Origin: Gemmatimonadales bacterium
GTDB taxonomy: Bacteria > Gemmatimonadota > Gemmatimonadetes > Gemmatimonadales > JACORV01
Assembly (NCBI GenBank): GCA_036493755.1
Contig: DASXPG010000139.1
Span: forward strand, 955 to 64,954
Reading direction: 5' to 3'
Length of the DNA: 64,000 nucleotides
The translations under genes were made by a program, and so were the position numbers. This document shows positions 11,705 through 21,716 of this stretch, in pieces (position 1 is the stretch's first letter; every line of letters starts with the position of its first letter). Below the pieces are notes generated by a model that saw only the letters and a program-made list of their open reading frames with translations, had not been told where the DNA came from and did no database searches.

Positions 11705-14077
11705 ATGAGCCTTCAGGAAGACCTTCAGGCCGCGCTCGGCGCCGGATACGCGGTCGAGCGCGAGCTCGGAGGTGGCGGCATGTCGCACCTCTTCGTGGCG
11801 CGCGACAAGTCGCTCGATCGCCTGGTGGTGGTCAAGGTCGTCGCGGTCTTCGCCAGCGCGCGGCACTCGATCGACCGCTTCCGCCGCGAGGTCGCCCTCG
11901 CCGCGTCGCTCCAGCATCCCCACATCGTCTCGGTCCTCGGCGCCGGCGACGTCGCCGGCGTGCCCTACTTCATCATGCCGTACGTGGAGAGCGAGTCGCT
12001 CCGCAAGCGGCTCGACGCGTCGGGCGCGATGCCGTTGCGCGAGGCGCTGCCGATTCTGCGCGACGTCGCGCGGGCCTGCGCCTACGCCCACGAGCGGGGC
12101 GTGGTCCATCGCGACATCAAGCCCGACAACGTCCTTCTCGCCGGCGGCTCGGCGGTCATTACCGACTTCGGCATTGCCAAGGCGCTCGCCACCACGACCG
12201 GCGAACAGCCCGCCGCGCCGCTGACCCAGGAGGGCGTCACCGTCGGTACGCCGGGCTACATGGCGCCCGAGCAGGTGGCCGGCGATCCCTCGACCGATCA
12301 TCGCGCCGACATTTATGCCTTCGGCGTCCTCGCCTACGAAATGCTTACCGGCAGGGCGCCCTTCTACGGGCTGACGCCGCACGAGCTGATGACGGCGCAG
12401 CTGAGCCGTCCCGCGCCGCCGATCAGCGACCAGAAGCCCGATCTGCCGGGCGGCATCGTGCGACTCGTTATGCAGTGCCTGGATCAGAATCCGGCGCATC
12501 GGCCGCAGAGCGCGGCACAGATCGTCCAGATGCTGGACGATCCGGGCATCGTGAGCGGCACGCAGCGCATCCCGGTCCTGTCGGCACCGGCGAGAAGGAA
12601 GCGGGCCGCGATGATGGTCCTCGGCGCCGCGGCGGCCGTGACGCTTGTGGCTGTGGCATTGGTCTTCACGCGCGGCCGGGCGAGCGCCGCGCCGGCGCGC
12701 TCGGTGGCGGTGATGCCGCTGGTCAACAGCAATGGCGATTCGGCGACCGCCTACTTCGCCGACGGCCTGACCGACGAAATCACCCTGGCCTTGAGCAGGC
12801 TTCCCGGGCTCCAGGTCGCCTCGCGCAGCGCCACTGCGCCGTATCGCGGCAAGACGACTCCTCCCCGGGAGGTCGGCCGGGCCTTGAATGTCGCGACCAT
12901 TCTCGAGGGCTCGGTCCAGGCCAGCGGCGGCAAGCTCCGGCTCTTTGCGCAGCTCACCGACGCGCAGAATGGAATCGCGCTCTGGTCACAGCGCTTCGAC
13001 GGCGACATGCGCGACGTCTTTGCCCTCCAGGACAGCCTGGCGGCGAAGGTGACCGAAGCGTTGCGGAGTAGATTCGGCGGCGTGGCTCAACCGGCTGGAC
13101 CGCGAGGCTCGGCCGGCACCAGCGACGTTGCCGCGTACGACTTATTCCTGCGCGGCCGCTACGAATTCCAGCGGCGCACGCTGCCGAGTCTGCGCGAGGC
13201 AATCAAGGACTTCCAGGCGGCCCTGGCGCGCGACTCGGGATTCGCGCGGGCCTACGCGGGACTCGCCGATGCCTGGGCGGTGCTGCCGCTGTACGGCGCG
13301 ATCGATCCCGACAGCGCCCACGTCATCGCGATCGTCAATGCCGACAAGGCCGTCGCGCTGGACTCGACCCTCGCCGACGCGCTGGCCGCCCGCGGCAACC
13401 TGTACATGCATCTCTGGCGCTGGTCTGATGCCAAGCGCGATCTCATCCGCGCCACCCAGCTCGATTCGACCGATGTGAACGCCTGGCAGTGGTTAGGCGA
13501 GTGGCAGCTCTACAACGGCCACTATGCCGACGCCGAGCGGGCGATGGCGAAGGCGGTGACGCTCGATCCGCAGTCGCCGACGCTCCAGGCCATTCATGGT
13601 GTGACGCTGATCTCGGCGGGACGGGGGGCCGAGGCCGTCGCGGCCGAGCAGCGTGCAGTCGCCATGGATTCCACGTCACCGGTGGCGCAGCTGATGAATG
13701 GGGCGGTTCTGCTCTGTAGCGGGCGGCTCGACGACGCGATCGGGGCGCTCACCACGGCCCGTCGCATCGGCGGCGATGCCGAGCCGGTGTTGAGCCTGCT
13801 GGGTTATGCCTGGGCAAAAAGCTCGCAACGAGCCCACGCGACCACGATGCGTGACTCGATCATGCGGCGCGCCACCACCCCCGGCGCCACGGGCATCCTG
13901 GCCCATATCCTCCTCGGCCAGGGCGACACGGCGCAGGCGCTGACCTGGCTCGAGTGGTCGGCGGGCGCGCATGACCAGATTTTCGTTTCCGAGCCCTTTG
14001 CCTGCCCGATCTGGGATCCGCTCCGTGGCAGTGAGAGATTCAAGGCAGTGATGAAGAAAGTGGGCATCGGTAGTTGA
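11705..14077 (+). CDS. Hanks-type Ser/Thr protein kinase with TM helix, TolB-N-like domain and TPRs
   Basis: ELGGGGMS, VVVK, HRDIKPDN, DFG, GTPGYMAPE; SVAVMPL...YFADGLTDEI; C-terminal WDPLRGSERF. Confidence 0.92.
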   Translation: MSLQEDLQAALGAGYAVERELGGGGMSHLFVARDKSLDRLVVVKVVAVFASARHSIDRFRREVALAASLQHPHIVSVLGAGDVAGVPYFIMPYVESESLRKRLDASGAMPLREALPILRDVARACAYAHERGVVHRDIKPDNVLLAGGSAVITDFGIAKALATTTGEQPAAPLTQEGVTVGTPGYMAPEQVAGDPSTDHRADIYAFGVLAYEMLTGRAPFYGLTPHELMTAQLSRPAPPISDQKPDLPGGIVRLVMQCLDQNPAHRPQSAAQIVQMLDDPGIVSGTQRIPVLSAPARRKRAAMMVLGAAAAVTLVAVALVFTRGRASAAPARSVAVMPLVNSNGDSATAYFADGLTDEITLALSRLPGLQVASRSATAPYRGKTTPPREVGRALNVATILEGSVQASGGKLRLFAQLTDAQNGIALWSQRFDGDMRDVFALQDSLAAKVTEALRSRFGGVAQPAGPRGSAGTSDVAAYDLFLRGRYEFQRRTLPSLREAIKDFQAALARDSGFARAYAGLADAWAVLPLYGAIDPDSAHVIAIVNADKAVALDSTLADALAARGNLYMHLWRWSDAKRDLIRATQLDSTDVNAWQWLGEWQLYNGHYADAERAMAKAVTLDPQSPTLQAIHGVTLISAGRGAEAVAAEQRAVAMDSTSPVAQLMNGAVLLCSGRLDDAIGALTTARRIGGDAEPVLSLLGYAWAKSSQRAHATTMRDSIMRRATTPGATGILAHILLGQGDTAQALTWLEWSAGAHDQIFVSEPFACPIWDPLRGSERFKAVMKKVGIGS

Positions 14078-14111
14078 CGTAACCTCTTCGCGCGGCGAGG
14101 TTTCCGCACTC

Positions 14112-15152
14112 ATGACTCGCCCCGCCGTAGCCGTCGCTCCCGCCATTCCCGCTGGTCTCGCCCAGGCGCAGCTGGCCCAGATTTATTACTGGCTCCGGTT
14201 AACCCGGACATTGGAAGAGCGGCTGACCAATCTCTACCGGCAGGGGAAAGTCATCGGCGGACTGTTCCGTTCCCTGGGACAGGAGGCCGACGCGGTCGGC
14301 AGCGCGTTTGCGCTCAGGCCGGAGGATTTTCTTTCGCCGCTGATCCGCAACATGGGTTCGATGCTGGTGAAGGGCGCCGATCCGCTGGCGATCGTCCGGC
14401 AATACATGGCCAAGGCCCAGAGCCCGACCCGAGGCCGCGAGCTCAACATTCATTTCGGCGATCTCGAAAAGGGCTACGTCGGCCAGATTTCGCATCTGGG
14501 CGACATGGTTCCGGTAATGGCGGGCGTCGCGCTCTCCTTCAAAATGCGCAAGGAAAGGCGGGTGTGCCTCGTCTACGTCGGCGACGGCGCCACCAGCACC
14601 GGCACCTTCCACGAGGGGATCAACTTCGCCGCGGTGCAGCGTCTGCCGATGGTGATCGTGGTCGAGAACAATGGCTGGGCCTACTCGACCCGCACGTCGC
14701 AGCAGACCGCCGTGAAGCAGCTGGTGGAGAAGGCCAAGGGTTACGGCATCCCCGGCGAGCGCGCCGACGGCAACGATGTCCTGGCGGTCTACGACGTCAC
14801 CAGGCGCGCGGTCGAGAAGGCGCGTGCCGGCGGCGGCGTGACGCTGCTCGAGCTGGTGACCTATCGCCGTAAGGGTCACGCCGAGCACGACTCGCAGGGT
14901 TATCAGCCCAAGGACGAAATCGCGCGCTGGGAATCGGCCAACGATCCCATCGAGCGCTACGAGAAGCAGCTCGACGAGACCGGCTGGGTCTCGGCCGATG
15001 AGCGCGGCGACATCCGGCGTCGCGTCGACGCCGAGTGCGACGCCGCTGTGACCACCGCCGAGAACGAGCCGTTTCCCGAAGCAATCACCGCGCTCGACGG
15101 CGTGTACGCCAATCCTGCGGTCATGGCGCCGCTCTGGTATCGGAATGCCTGA
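14112..15152 (+). CDS. 2-oxoacid dehydrogenase E1 alpha subunit
   Basis: GQEA, TPP motif GDGATS...ENN, TYRRKGH. Confidence 0.92.
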   Translation: MTRPAVAVAPAIPAGLAQAQLAQIYYWLRLTRTLEERLTNLYRQGKVIGGLFRSLGQEADAVGSAFALRPEDFLSPLIRNMGSMLVKGADPLAIVRQYMAKAQSPTRGRELNIHFGDLEKGYVGQISHLGDMVPVMAGVALSFKMRKERRVCLVYVGDGATSTGTFHEGINFAAVQRLPMVIVVENNGWAYSTRTSQQTAVKQLVEKAKGYGIPGERADGNDVLAVYDVTRRAVEKARAGGGVTLLELVTYRRKGHAEHDSQGYQPKDEIARWESANDPIERYEKQLDETGWVSADERGDIRRRVDAECDAAVTTAENEPFPEAITALDGVYANPAVMAPLWYRNA

Positions 15153-16125
15153 AGTCACTTACCTCGAAGCCCTTCGCCAGGGACTACAGGAAGAGATGCG
15201 CCGCGACGAGCGCGTCTTCATCCTCGGCGAGGATGTCGGCACTTACGGCGGCGCGTTCAAGGTCACCGAGGGGTTCGTCGAGGAATTCGGCGCGGGCCGC
15301 ATCATCGACACGCCCATCGCCGAAGCGGCGATCGTCGGCGCGGCCGCTGGTGCAGCGCACATGGGGCTGCGGCCGGTGGCCGAGATGCAGTTCATCGACT
15401 TCATCTCCTGCGCCTACGACATGCTCACCAACTACGTCGCGACGGCGCGCTACCGCGCCGGGCTGCCGACGCCGATGGTGGTGCGTGGCCCCTGCGGCGG
15501 CTACGTACGCGGCGGCCCCTTCCATTCGCAGAATCCCGAGGCCGCGTTTCTGCACACCCCCGGGCTCAAGATCGTCTGCCCGGCGACGGCGCGAGACGCC
15601 AAAGGGCTGATCAAGGCGGCGATCCGCGACGACGATCCGGTCCTCTATTTCGAGCACAAGTACCTTTACCGGCGCATCAAGGAAAACCTTCCCGAGGGCG
15701 AGGAGATCGTCACGCCCATCGGCAAGGCGCGGCTGGCGCGCGAAGGAAAAGATCTGTCGATCATCACCTGGTCGGCGATGGTCTGGAAAGCGCTCGAGGC
15801 TGCCGAGAAAATGGAGAAGGAAGACGGCGTGAGCGTCGAGGTCCTCGACCTGCGCACCCTGCTGCCGATGGACGACGAGGCGATTCTCGCCACGGTGAAG
15901 AAGACCAACAAGGTGATGATCGCGCACGAAGACACGCGCACCGGCGGTGTCGCCGGCGAAATCACCGCGCGCATCAACGAGAGCGCCTTCGAGTGGCTCG
16001 ACGGGCCGATCTTCCGCGTCACCGCGGCCGACGTGCCCTTGCCCTACGCGCCGACGCTCGAGGATTACGTGCTGCCCCAGACCGACGACATTCTGAAGGT
16101 GGCGAGGAAGCTGGCCGCTTACTAA
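15145..16125 (+). CDS. 2-oxoacid dehydrogenase E1 beta subunit
   Basis: GEDVG.YGGAFKVT, DTPIAE, EMQFIDF, HSQ, FEHK. Confidence 0.93.
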   Translation: MPEVTYLEALRQGLQEEMRRDERVFILGEDVGTYGGAFKVTEGFVEEFGAGRIIDTPIAEAAIVGAAAGAAHMGLRPVAEMQFIDFISCAYDMLTNYVATARYRAGLPTPMVVRGPCGGYVRGGPFHSQNPEAAFLHTPGLKIVCPATARDAKGLIKAAIRDDDPVLYFEHKYLYRRIKENLPEGEEIVTPIGKARLAREGKDLSIITWSAMVWKALEAAEKMEKEDGVSVEVLDLRTLLPMDDEAILATVKKTNKVMIAHEDTRTGGVAGEITARINESAFEWLDGPIFRVTAADVPLPYAPTLEDYVLPQTDDILKVARKLAAY

Positions 16126-16135
16126 GGACGGAGTC

Positions 16136-17566
16136 ATGGCTCGAATCGATGTCATCATGCCCCAGATGGGCGAGTCCATCGCCGAGGGGACCCTCTCGAA
16201 GTGGCTCAAGAAGGTCGGCGACGCGGTCAAGCGCGACGAGATGATCTTCGAGATCAGCACCGACAAGGTGGACGCCGAGATTCCGGCGCCCTCCGCCGGC
16301 ATTCTGGCCGAGATCAAGGTGCCGGAGGGGAAGACCGTGCCGGTGCAGACGGTGGTCGCGGTGATCGAGACCGAGGCAAGCGTCGGGGCGAGTCCGGCAG
16401 CGCCACGCGCGACTGTTCCAGCGGCGTCCGCGGGGTCGAGTGCGGTTGCGTCGAGTGCGTCGTCGCCCGCGAAAGCAGCAGCGGCGCCTGCCCCTGCAGC
16501 TGCCCCTTCTGCCCCTGTTTCTGCATCACCCAGAGCCCCGCAGACCCTGACTCCTGCTGCTGCCACGCTGAGGCCTGCGCCTACAGGCAACGGGACCGAA
16601 ACCGCCGACGATCGTCTGCGCCGTCTCTCGACTCCGCTGGTTCGGAAGATTGCCGCCGAGCATAACGTGGAGATCGCCGGCATCCCCGGCTCCGGCCACG
16701 CGGGCCGCGTGACCAAGAAGGACATCCTCGGCTTCATCGAGAGCGGGGCGCCGTCCTCGCCTGCGCCTCCTGTCTCTCCTGCCTCTCCGGTCTCGCGCTC
16801 TGCGGCATGGCCGGAAGGCGCACCCTCTGCCTCGAATCCCGCTTGGGAAGCTTCCCCCTGGGAGGGTGACCGGGTCGAGCCGATGAGCCGCATCCGCCAG
16901 CTCACCGCCGAGCACATGGTTTTCTCGCGCCGTACCTCGGCCCACGTGACGAGCTACTACGAAGTCGACATATCGGCCATCCAGAAGTTGCGCGAGAAGA
17001 ACAAGAAGCTCTACGAGGAGCGCGGCGCGAAGCTGACCTATCTCGGCTTCATCGTGAAGGCCGTGGCCGACAATCTGCGCAAGCATCCGATTGTGAACGC
17101 CGCGGTGCAGGGGACCAGCATCATCTACCGTGGCCAGATCAACATCGGCATCGCGGTGGCGCTCGACTGGGGCCTCATCGTGCCGGTCATCAAGAAGGCC
17201 GACGAGCTGTCGCTGCTGGGCGTGGTGAAGACGATGCACGATCTCGCCGATCGGGCGCGGGCCAAGAAGCTCAAGCCCGACGAAGTGCAGCAGGGCACCT
17301 TCACCATCACCAACCCCGGCGTCTTCGGTTCATACATCGGCGCGCCGATCATCAACCAGCCGCAGGTCGCGATCCTCGGCGTGGGCGCGATCGAGAAGCG
17401 GCCGCGGGTGGTGACGATGGAGGACGGCACCGAGGCCATCGTGCCCCGGATGATGACGATGCTGTCGATGACCTATGATCATCGCGTCGTCGACGGCGCC
17501 GACGCCGACCGCTTCTTCGGCGACGTGAAGAAGATGCTCGAGAGCTTCCCGGCGGCGGCGGTCTGA
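16136..17566 (+). CDS. Dihydrolipoamide acyltransferase E2
   Basis: Lipoyl EISTDKVD, E3-binding TPLVRKIA...GRVTKKD, GTFTITN, catalytic DHRVVDGA. Confidence 0.93.
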   Translation: MARIDVIMPQMGESIAEGTLSKWLKKVGDAVKRDEMIFEISTDKVDAEIPAPSAGILAEIKVPEGKTVPVQTVVAVIETEASVGASPAAPRATVPAASAGSSAVASSASSPAKAAAAPAPAAAPSAPVSASPRAPQTLTPAAATLRPAPTGNGTETADDRLRRLSTPLVRKIAAEHNVEIAGIPGSGHAGRVTKKDILGFIESGAPSSPAPPVSPASPVSRSAAWPEGAPSASNPAWEASPWEGDRVEPMSRIRQLTAEHMVFSRRTSAHVTSYYEVDISAIQKLREKNKKLYEERGAKLTYLGFIVKAVADNLRKHPIVNAAVQGTSIIYRGQINIGIAVALDWGLIVPVIKKADELSLLGVVKTMHDLADRARAKKLKPDEVQQGTFTITNPGVFGSYIGAPIINQPQVAILGVGAIEKRPRVVTMEDGTEAIVPRMMTMLSMTYDHRVVDGADADRFFGDVKKMLESFPAAAV

Positions 17567-17580
17567 GGCGCAATCTCATC

Positions 17581-17856
17581 GTGCTGATGTTCGAGCCGGC
17601 ACCCGGTAAAGAGCCGGAAGTCGACCGCGTGCTGCGCCGCGCCAAGTCGCGCGCCGAGGACGCCGGCTGGCACTGCTGGGCGTACCGCAACGAGATTGCG
17701 GCGAACGAAATCACCCTCTTTCTCGAGGGCCCGCTCCAGGATGGGCCGAGCCGCCCGATTTTCGGGAGCGAGATCGAGGAGCTGCGCACCCTGGCCGCGC
17801 GCTTCGAGCGCGTGCGCTCGCTGGTCGAGTATCCGATCGAGGAGCTGACGGCATGA
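17581..17856 (+). CDS. Hypothetical protein (~91 aa)
   Basis: Fills the gap after E2, ATGA overlap with the next gene; start uncertain. Confidence 0.6.
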   Translation: MLMFEPAPGKEPEVDRVLRRAKSRAEDAGWHCWAYRNEIAANEITLFLEGPLQDGPSRPIFGSEIEELRTLAARFERVRSLVEYPIEELTA

Positions 17857-18122
17857 TCGAGCGGTCCATCACGATCGACGGGATGGCGTGGACGGTGTCG
17901 CTCGCCGGTCGCGTCACCCAGTACGACATGGACGAGTTCTCGCTGGTCTACGCGCGCACCGACGAGCACGGCAAGAAGATCCGCCGCGTCTCGCGCTTTT
18001 CGCCGCAGGGCGCGCGCAACCGCACCGGAGCGCTCGGTGAGCTGAGCGACGGCGAGCTGGCCGAGTTCTTCAAGCAGAGCCAGCCGGATTGGACCAGCCC
18101 GGAGCTTGGCTATGCCCGCTGA
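17853..18122 (+). CDS. Hypothetical protein (89 aa)
   Basis: GAGGAG SD, coupled on both sides, ends WTSPELGYAR. Confidence 0.7.
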   Translation: MIERSITIDGMAWTVSLAGRVTQYDMDEFSLVYARTDEHGKKIRRVSRFSPQGARNRTGALGELSDGELAEFFKQSQPDWTSPELGYAR

Positions 18123-18561
18123 CGAAGCCCTCGAGGTCGGCGCCAAGGCCCCCGGCTTCGAGCTGGAAGGAACCGGCAGCGCGAAGCTGAAGCTCTCCGA
18201 TCTACTGAAGAAGGGCCCCGTCGCCCTCTTCTTTTATCCCGGGGACAACACCCCCGGCTGCAATCGCCAGCTGTCGGGCGTGCGCGACGACCAGGCCGCG
18301 TACCGGAAGCACAAGGTCACCACCATCGGAATGAATCCGGCGGGAATGGCCAGCCACGAGAAGTACGTCGCCGGCTTCAAGTTCAATTTCCCGCTCCTGT
18401 CGGATGCCGAGAGGAGTGCGGCGAAGGACTATCGCGCGCTGAAGCCCGACGGCAAGGGAATCCAGCGGACGGTCTATCTCATCGGCCAGGACGGCCGCAT
18501 CCTCTTCTCCCAGCGCGGCATGCCGGCGACCGAAGCGATTCTCGCGCCACTCGGGGCGTGA
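18112..18561 (+). CDS. bcp: Peroxiredoxin, BCP/PrxQ type
   Basis: FYPGDNTPGC (PxxxTxxC), FPLLSD, RTVYLI. Confidence 0.88.
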   Translation: MPADEALEVGAKAPGFELEGTGSAKLKLSDLLKKGPVALFFYPGDNTPGCNRQLSGVRDDQAAYRKHKVTTIGMNPAGMASHEKYVAGFKFNFPLLSDAERSAAKDYRALKPDGKGIQRTVYLIGQDGRILFSQRGMPATEAILAPLGA

Positions 18562-19292
18562 GTACCGCCTTCGATCTTGGCGGCCAGGTCGCGGTGGTGA
18601 CCGGCGTGGGCCGGGTGGGGCAGATCGGCCACGCGGTCGCCGAAGGATTCATCCGCGCCGGCGCCAAGCTGGTGATCTCCGACAAGAATGCCGTGGGCGT
18701 CGCCGCACGGGCCAAGGAGTTCGCTTCACGCGGCGCCGACGTGCGCGCCGCGGCGGGCGACCTCACCGAACCCGATGTGGCGCACTGGATCATCGAGCAG
18801 GCGATGCAGAACTTCGGCCGCGTCGACATCCTGGTGAACGTCGCTGGCGGGCTCACCGGTATCGCGCCGATGACCGAAGCCGGCGAGGACGTCATCGATC
18901 GTGAAATCGCCATCAACCTGAAGACGATGTACCTGGTGTCGCGCGCCGCGGCCAAGGTGATGGTCCCGCGCAAGAGCGGCGCCATCGTGAGCTTCGCTTC
19001 CATGGCGGCGATCCAGGCCCGGCCGGCGATGGCCGCCTACTCGGCCGCCAAGGCCGGCGTCGCGGCGCTGACCCGGAGCCTGGCGCTCGAGCTGCGCGAC
19101 GCCAACGTGCGGGTGAACGCCGTCGCCCCCGGCACCGTCCGCACCGGCGACAATCGCGCCTCGATGGGTGACACGGGGTCATCGCACTGGGTGGAGATCG
19201 CCGACATCGTGAACGCGGTGCTGTTTCTGTCGTCCGACGCCGCGGCGGGAATCACCGGGCACGTCCTCCCCGTCTCCCGGGGCGAGGACTAG
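18558..19292 (+). CDS. SDR family oxidoreductase
   Basis: VVTGVGRVGQIG, DILVNVAG, YSAAK, VNAVAPG. Confidence 0.88.
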   Translation: MSTAFDLGGQVAVVTGVGRVGQIGHAVAEGFIRAGAKLVISDKNAVGVAARAKEFASRGADVRAAAGDLTEPDVAHWIIEQAMQNFGRVDILVNVAGGLTGIAPMTEAGEDVIDREIAINLKTMYLVSRAAAKVMVPRKSGAIVSFASMAAIQARPAMAAYSAAKAGVAALTRSLALELRDANVRVNAVAPGTVRTGDNRASMGDTGSSHWVEIADIVNAVLFLSSDAAAGITGHVLPVSRGED

Positions 19293-19296
19293 CCGG

Positions 19297-20019
19297 GTGG
19301 AGTTGCGCGGCCGGCGCGCGCTGGTGACCGGCGCCGGCGTGCGCGTGGGCCGGGTCATCGCCAGGAGTCTGATGGAGCGCGGCGTGCATACCGCGATCCA
19401 CTACGCCCATTCGGAACAGGGCGCCAGGGAACTCTCCGCCGCGGCGCCGAAGGGCGTGAACGCACCCACCATCGCGGCCGATCTCGCCGATGCCCATGCG
19501 GCGCGGGGGCTGGGAGCGCGCGCCTCGCAGGCGTTAGGCGGACTGGACATCCTGGTCAACAGCGCCGCCATCATGGAGCAGCGCTCGGTGGAAGGCGCCA
19601 CGCCCGACGATTGGGACCGCACCATGAATCTCAACCTGCGCGGCGCGTATTTCGTGGCCCAGGGCGCGGCGGCGGAAATGCCGGACGGCGGGGCCATCGT
19701 CAACATCGCCGACCTCGCGGCCCTGGAGCGCTGGACCAGCTACGCCGTGCACTGCATCAGCAAGGCCGGCGTCGTGGTGATGACCGAGCTGATGGCCAAG
19801 GCCTACGCGCCGAAAATCCGCGTCAATGCCATCGCCCCCGGAGCGGTGCTTCTCCCCGACGACTGGGACGAGGCCACGCGACAGAAGTTCGCCGACACCA
19901 CGCCGCTGAAGCGCCTGGGCAGCCCCGCGGATGTCGCCGCGGCGGTGATCTATCTGCTCGAGAACGACTATGTGACGGGCGAAACGCTGGTGGTGGATGG
20001 CGGTCGGAGAATCCGATGA
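19297..20019 (+). CDS. SDR oxidoreductase, pteridine reductase-like
   Basis: TGAGVRVG, IHY, LVNSAA, IVNIAD, VNAIAPGAVL; HCISK in place of YxxxK. Confidence 0.8.
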   Translation: MELRGRRALVTGAGVRVGRVIARSLMERGVHTAIHYAHSEQGARELSAAAPKGVNAPTIAADLADAHAARGLGARASQALGGLDILVNSAAIMEQRSVEGATPDDWDRTMNLNLRGAYFVAQGAAAEMPDGGAIVNIADLAALERWTSYAVHCISKAGVVVMTELMAKAYAPKIRVNAIAPGAVLLPDDWDEATRQKFADTTPLKRLGSPADVAAAVIYLLENDYVTGETLVVDGGRRIR

Positions 20020-20035
20020 GATTAGACTTCATTCC

Positions 20036-20980
20036 ATGAAGAGCTACGACGTCATCATCGTGGGCGGCGGTCCGGCCGGTCTGTGCGCCGGCCTCTATGC
20101 CGGCCGCTCGATGCTGAAGACCCTGCTCATCGAGCGTGGCGCGCCCGGCGGCGAGCTGCTCAACACCGAGCTGATCGAGGACTACATCGGCTTCGAGTCG
20201 GTGAAGGGCTTCGAGCTGGCCGACAAGATGGCGGCGCACGCGCTCAAGTTCGGCGCGGAGATGGTGACCGATACCGTGACCTCCGTCGAGAAGCAGAATG
20301 GCGGCTTCGCAGTGGTGACCGACTGCAATGAGCGGTACGAGGCGCCGGTGGTCATCCTCACCGCCGGCGGCACGCCCACCAAGCTCGGCATCCCCGGCGA
20401 AGTCGAGTATGCCGGCAAGGGCGTCTCCTACTGCGCCGTCTGCGACGGCCATTTCTTCCGCGGTGAAGTGCTCGCCGTGGTGGGTGGCGGCGACGCCGCC
20501 TGCGAAGAGGCCGACTTCCTCACTCGTTATGCATCGAAGGTCTATCTGATCCACCGGCGCGAGGAGTTCCGCGCCTCGCCCATCGTCCAGAAGAAGGTCT
20601 TCGACAACCCCAAGATCCACGTCATCTGGAATACCGTCGTCGAGCGGGTCGAGGGCGACGGCGCCGCGGTGAAGCACCTGGCGCTGCACAACGTGGTGGA
20701 TGATGCCCGCACCTCGCTGCCGGTGGGCGGCATCTTCGTCTTCATCGGTTTCCGCCCCAACACCGGAATCGTGAAGGGCCACGTGACCCATGACGCCGGC
20801 GGCTACCTGCTGACCGACGAGCGGATGATGACGTCGATCACCGGGCTCTTCGCGGCCGGGGACGTGCGCGCGCAGCTCACCCGGCAGGTCACGACGGCCG
20901 TCGGGGACGCCACCACCGCGGCGATCGCGGCGGCCAAGTACATCGCCGAGCTCAAGAGCGCGTCGGTTGCCGGCGCCTGA
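20036..20980 (+). CDS. trxB: Thioredoxin-disulfide reductase
   Basis: GGGPAG, GVSYCAVCDG, GGGDAA, HRR, FAAGD; TAGACT 7 nt before ATG 20036. Confidence 0.95.
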   Translation: MKSYDVIIVGGGPAGLCAGLYAGRSMLKTLLIERGAPGGELLNTELIEDYIGFESVKGFELADKMAAHALKFGAEMVTDTVTSVEKQNGGFAVVTDCNERYEAPVVILTAGGTPTKLGIPGEVEYAGKGVSYCAVCDGHFFRGEVLAVVGGGDAACEEADFLTRYASKVYLIHRREEFRASPIVQKKVFDNPKIHVIWNTVVERVEGDGAAVKHLALHNVVDDARTSLPVGGIFVFIGFRPNTGIVKGHVTHDAGGYLLTDERMMTSITGLFAAGDVRAQLTRQVTTAVGDATTAAIAAAKYIAELKSASVAGA

Positions 20981-21716
20981 GATCGTCGCGCTCACCAACG
21001 GCGTGTTCGCGGAAAACTGCTATCTGATCGCCGACCCCGCGACGAAGGATGCCGTGATCGTCGACCCCGGCGAGGATACCGGACTCTTTCTCGCGCGGCT
21101 CGAGGGCAATGGCTGGACGCTCCGCGATATCTGGCTCACCCACGCGCATCTCGATCATGTGGCCGGCGTCGGGGCCATGAAAGCGGCCACCGGCGTGCCG
21201 GTGTACCTGCACCCCGCCGATCTCCCCCTCTATGAATCCGCGCCGCGCCAGGCCGAGATGTTCGGCCTCGAGCTCGAGGCCCAGCCGGCTCCCGACCGCC
21301 CGCTCGCCGAGGGCCAGACGATGACGGTCGGGGGATACGGCTTCGATGTGCTTCATACGCCGGGGCATTCGCCCGGCAGCGTGAGCTTCGTCGGCCATGG
21401 AGTGGCGCTGGTCGGCGACGTGATCTTCGCCGGCAGCATCGGCCGCACCGACCTCCCCGGTGGCGACAGCGCAACGCTGCTGCGCAGCATCCGTGAGAAA
21501 CTCTACGCCCTGCCGGACCAGACCATCGTCCTTTCGGGCCACGGACCGGAGACGACGATCGGGGCGGAAAAGCGCGCCAATCCCTTCGTCAGGCTGCAGC
21601 CGGGAATCAATGCCTGCCAGCGCTGCGGCGCCGAGATCCGGCCCAAGCCCTGGGGCTGCAAGAATCCCTGCGCCAACTGTGGCTTCATCTACCCGTTAGG
21701 CGATTGCTCCGACTGA
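20967..21716 (+). CDS. MBL-fold metallo-hydrolase (glyoxalase II/YcbL-like) with C-terminal Cys-rich tail
   Basis: THAHLDH, TPGHSPG, GD.IF.GSIGRTD, GHG, NPF, then CQRCG...CKNPCANCG...CSD. Confidence 0.9.
   Translation: MPAPEIVALTNGVFAENCYLIADPATKDAVIVDPGEDTGLFLARLEGNGWTLRDIWLTHAHLDHVAGVGAMKAATGVPVYLHPADLPLYESAPRQAEMFGLELEAQPAPDRPLAEGQTMTVGGYGFDVLHTPGHSPGSVSFVGHGVALVGDVIFAGSIGRTDLPGGDSATLLRSIREKLYALPDQTIVLSGHGPETTIGAEKRANPFVRLQPGINACQRCGAEIRPKPWGCKNPCANCGFIYPLGDCSD

Noticed and set aside
11705..14077. Eukaryote-like kinase as a novelty
   Set aside because: Kinase-TolB-TPR architecture is a familiar expanded family in such bacteria
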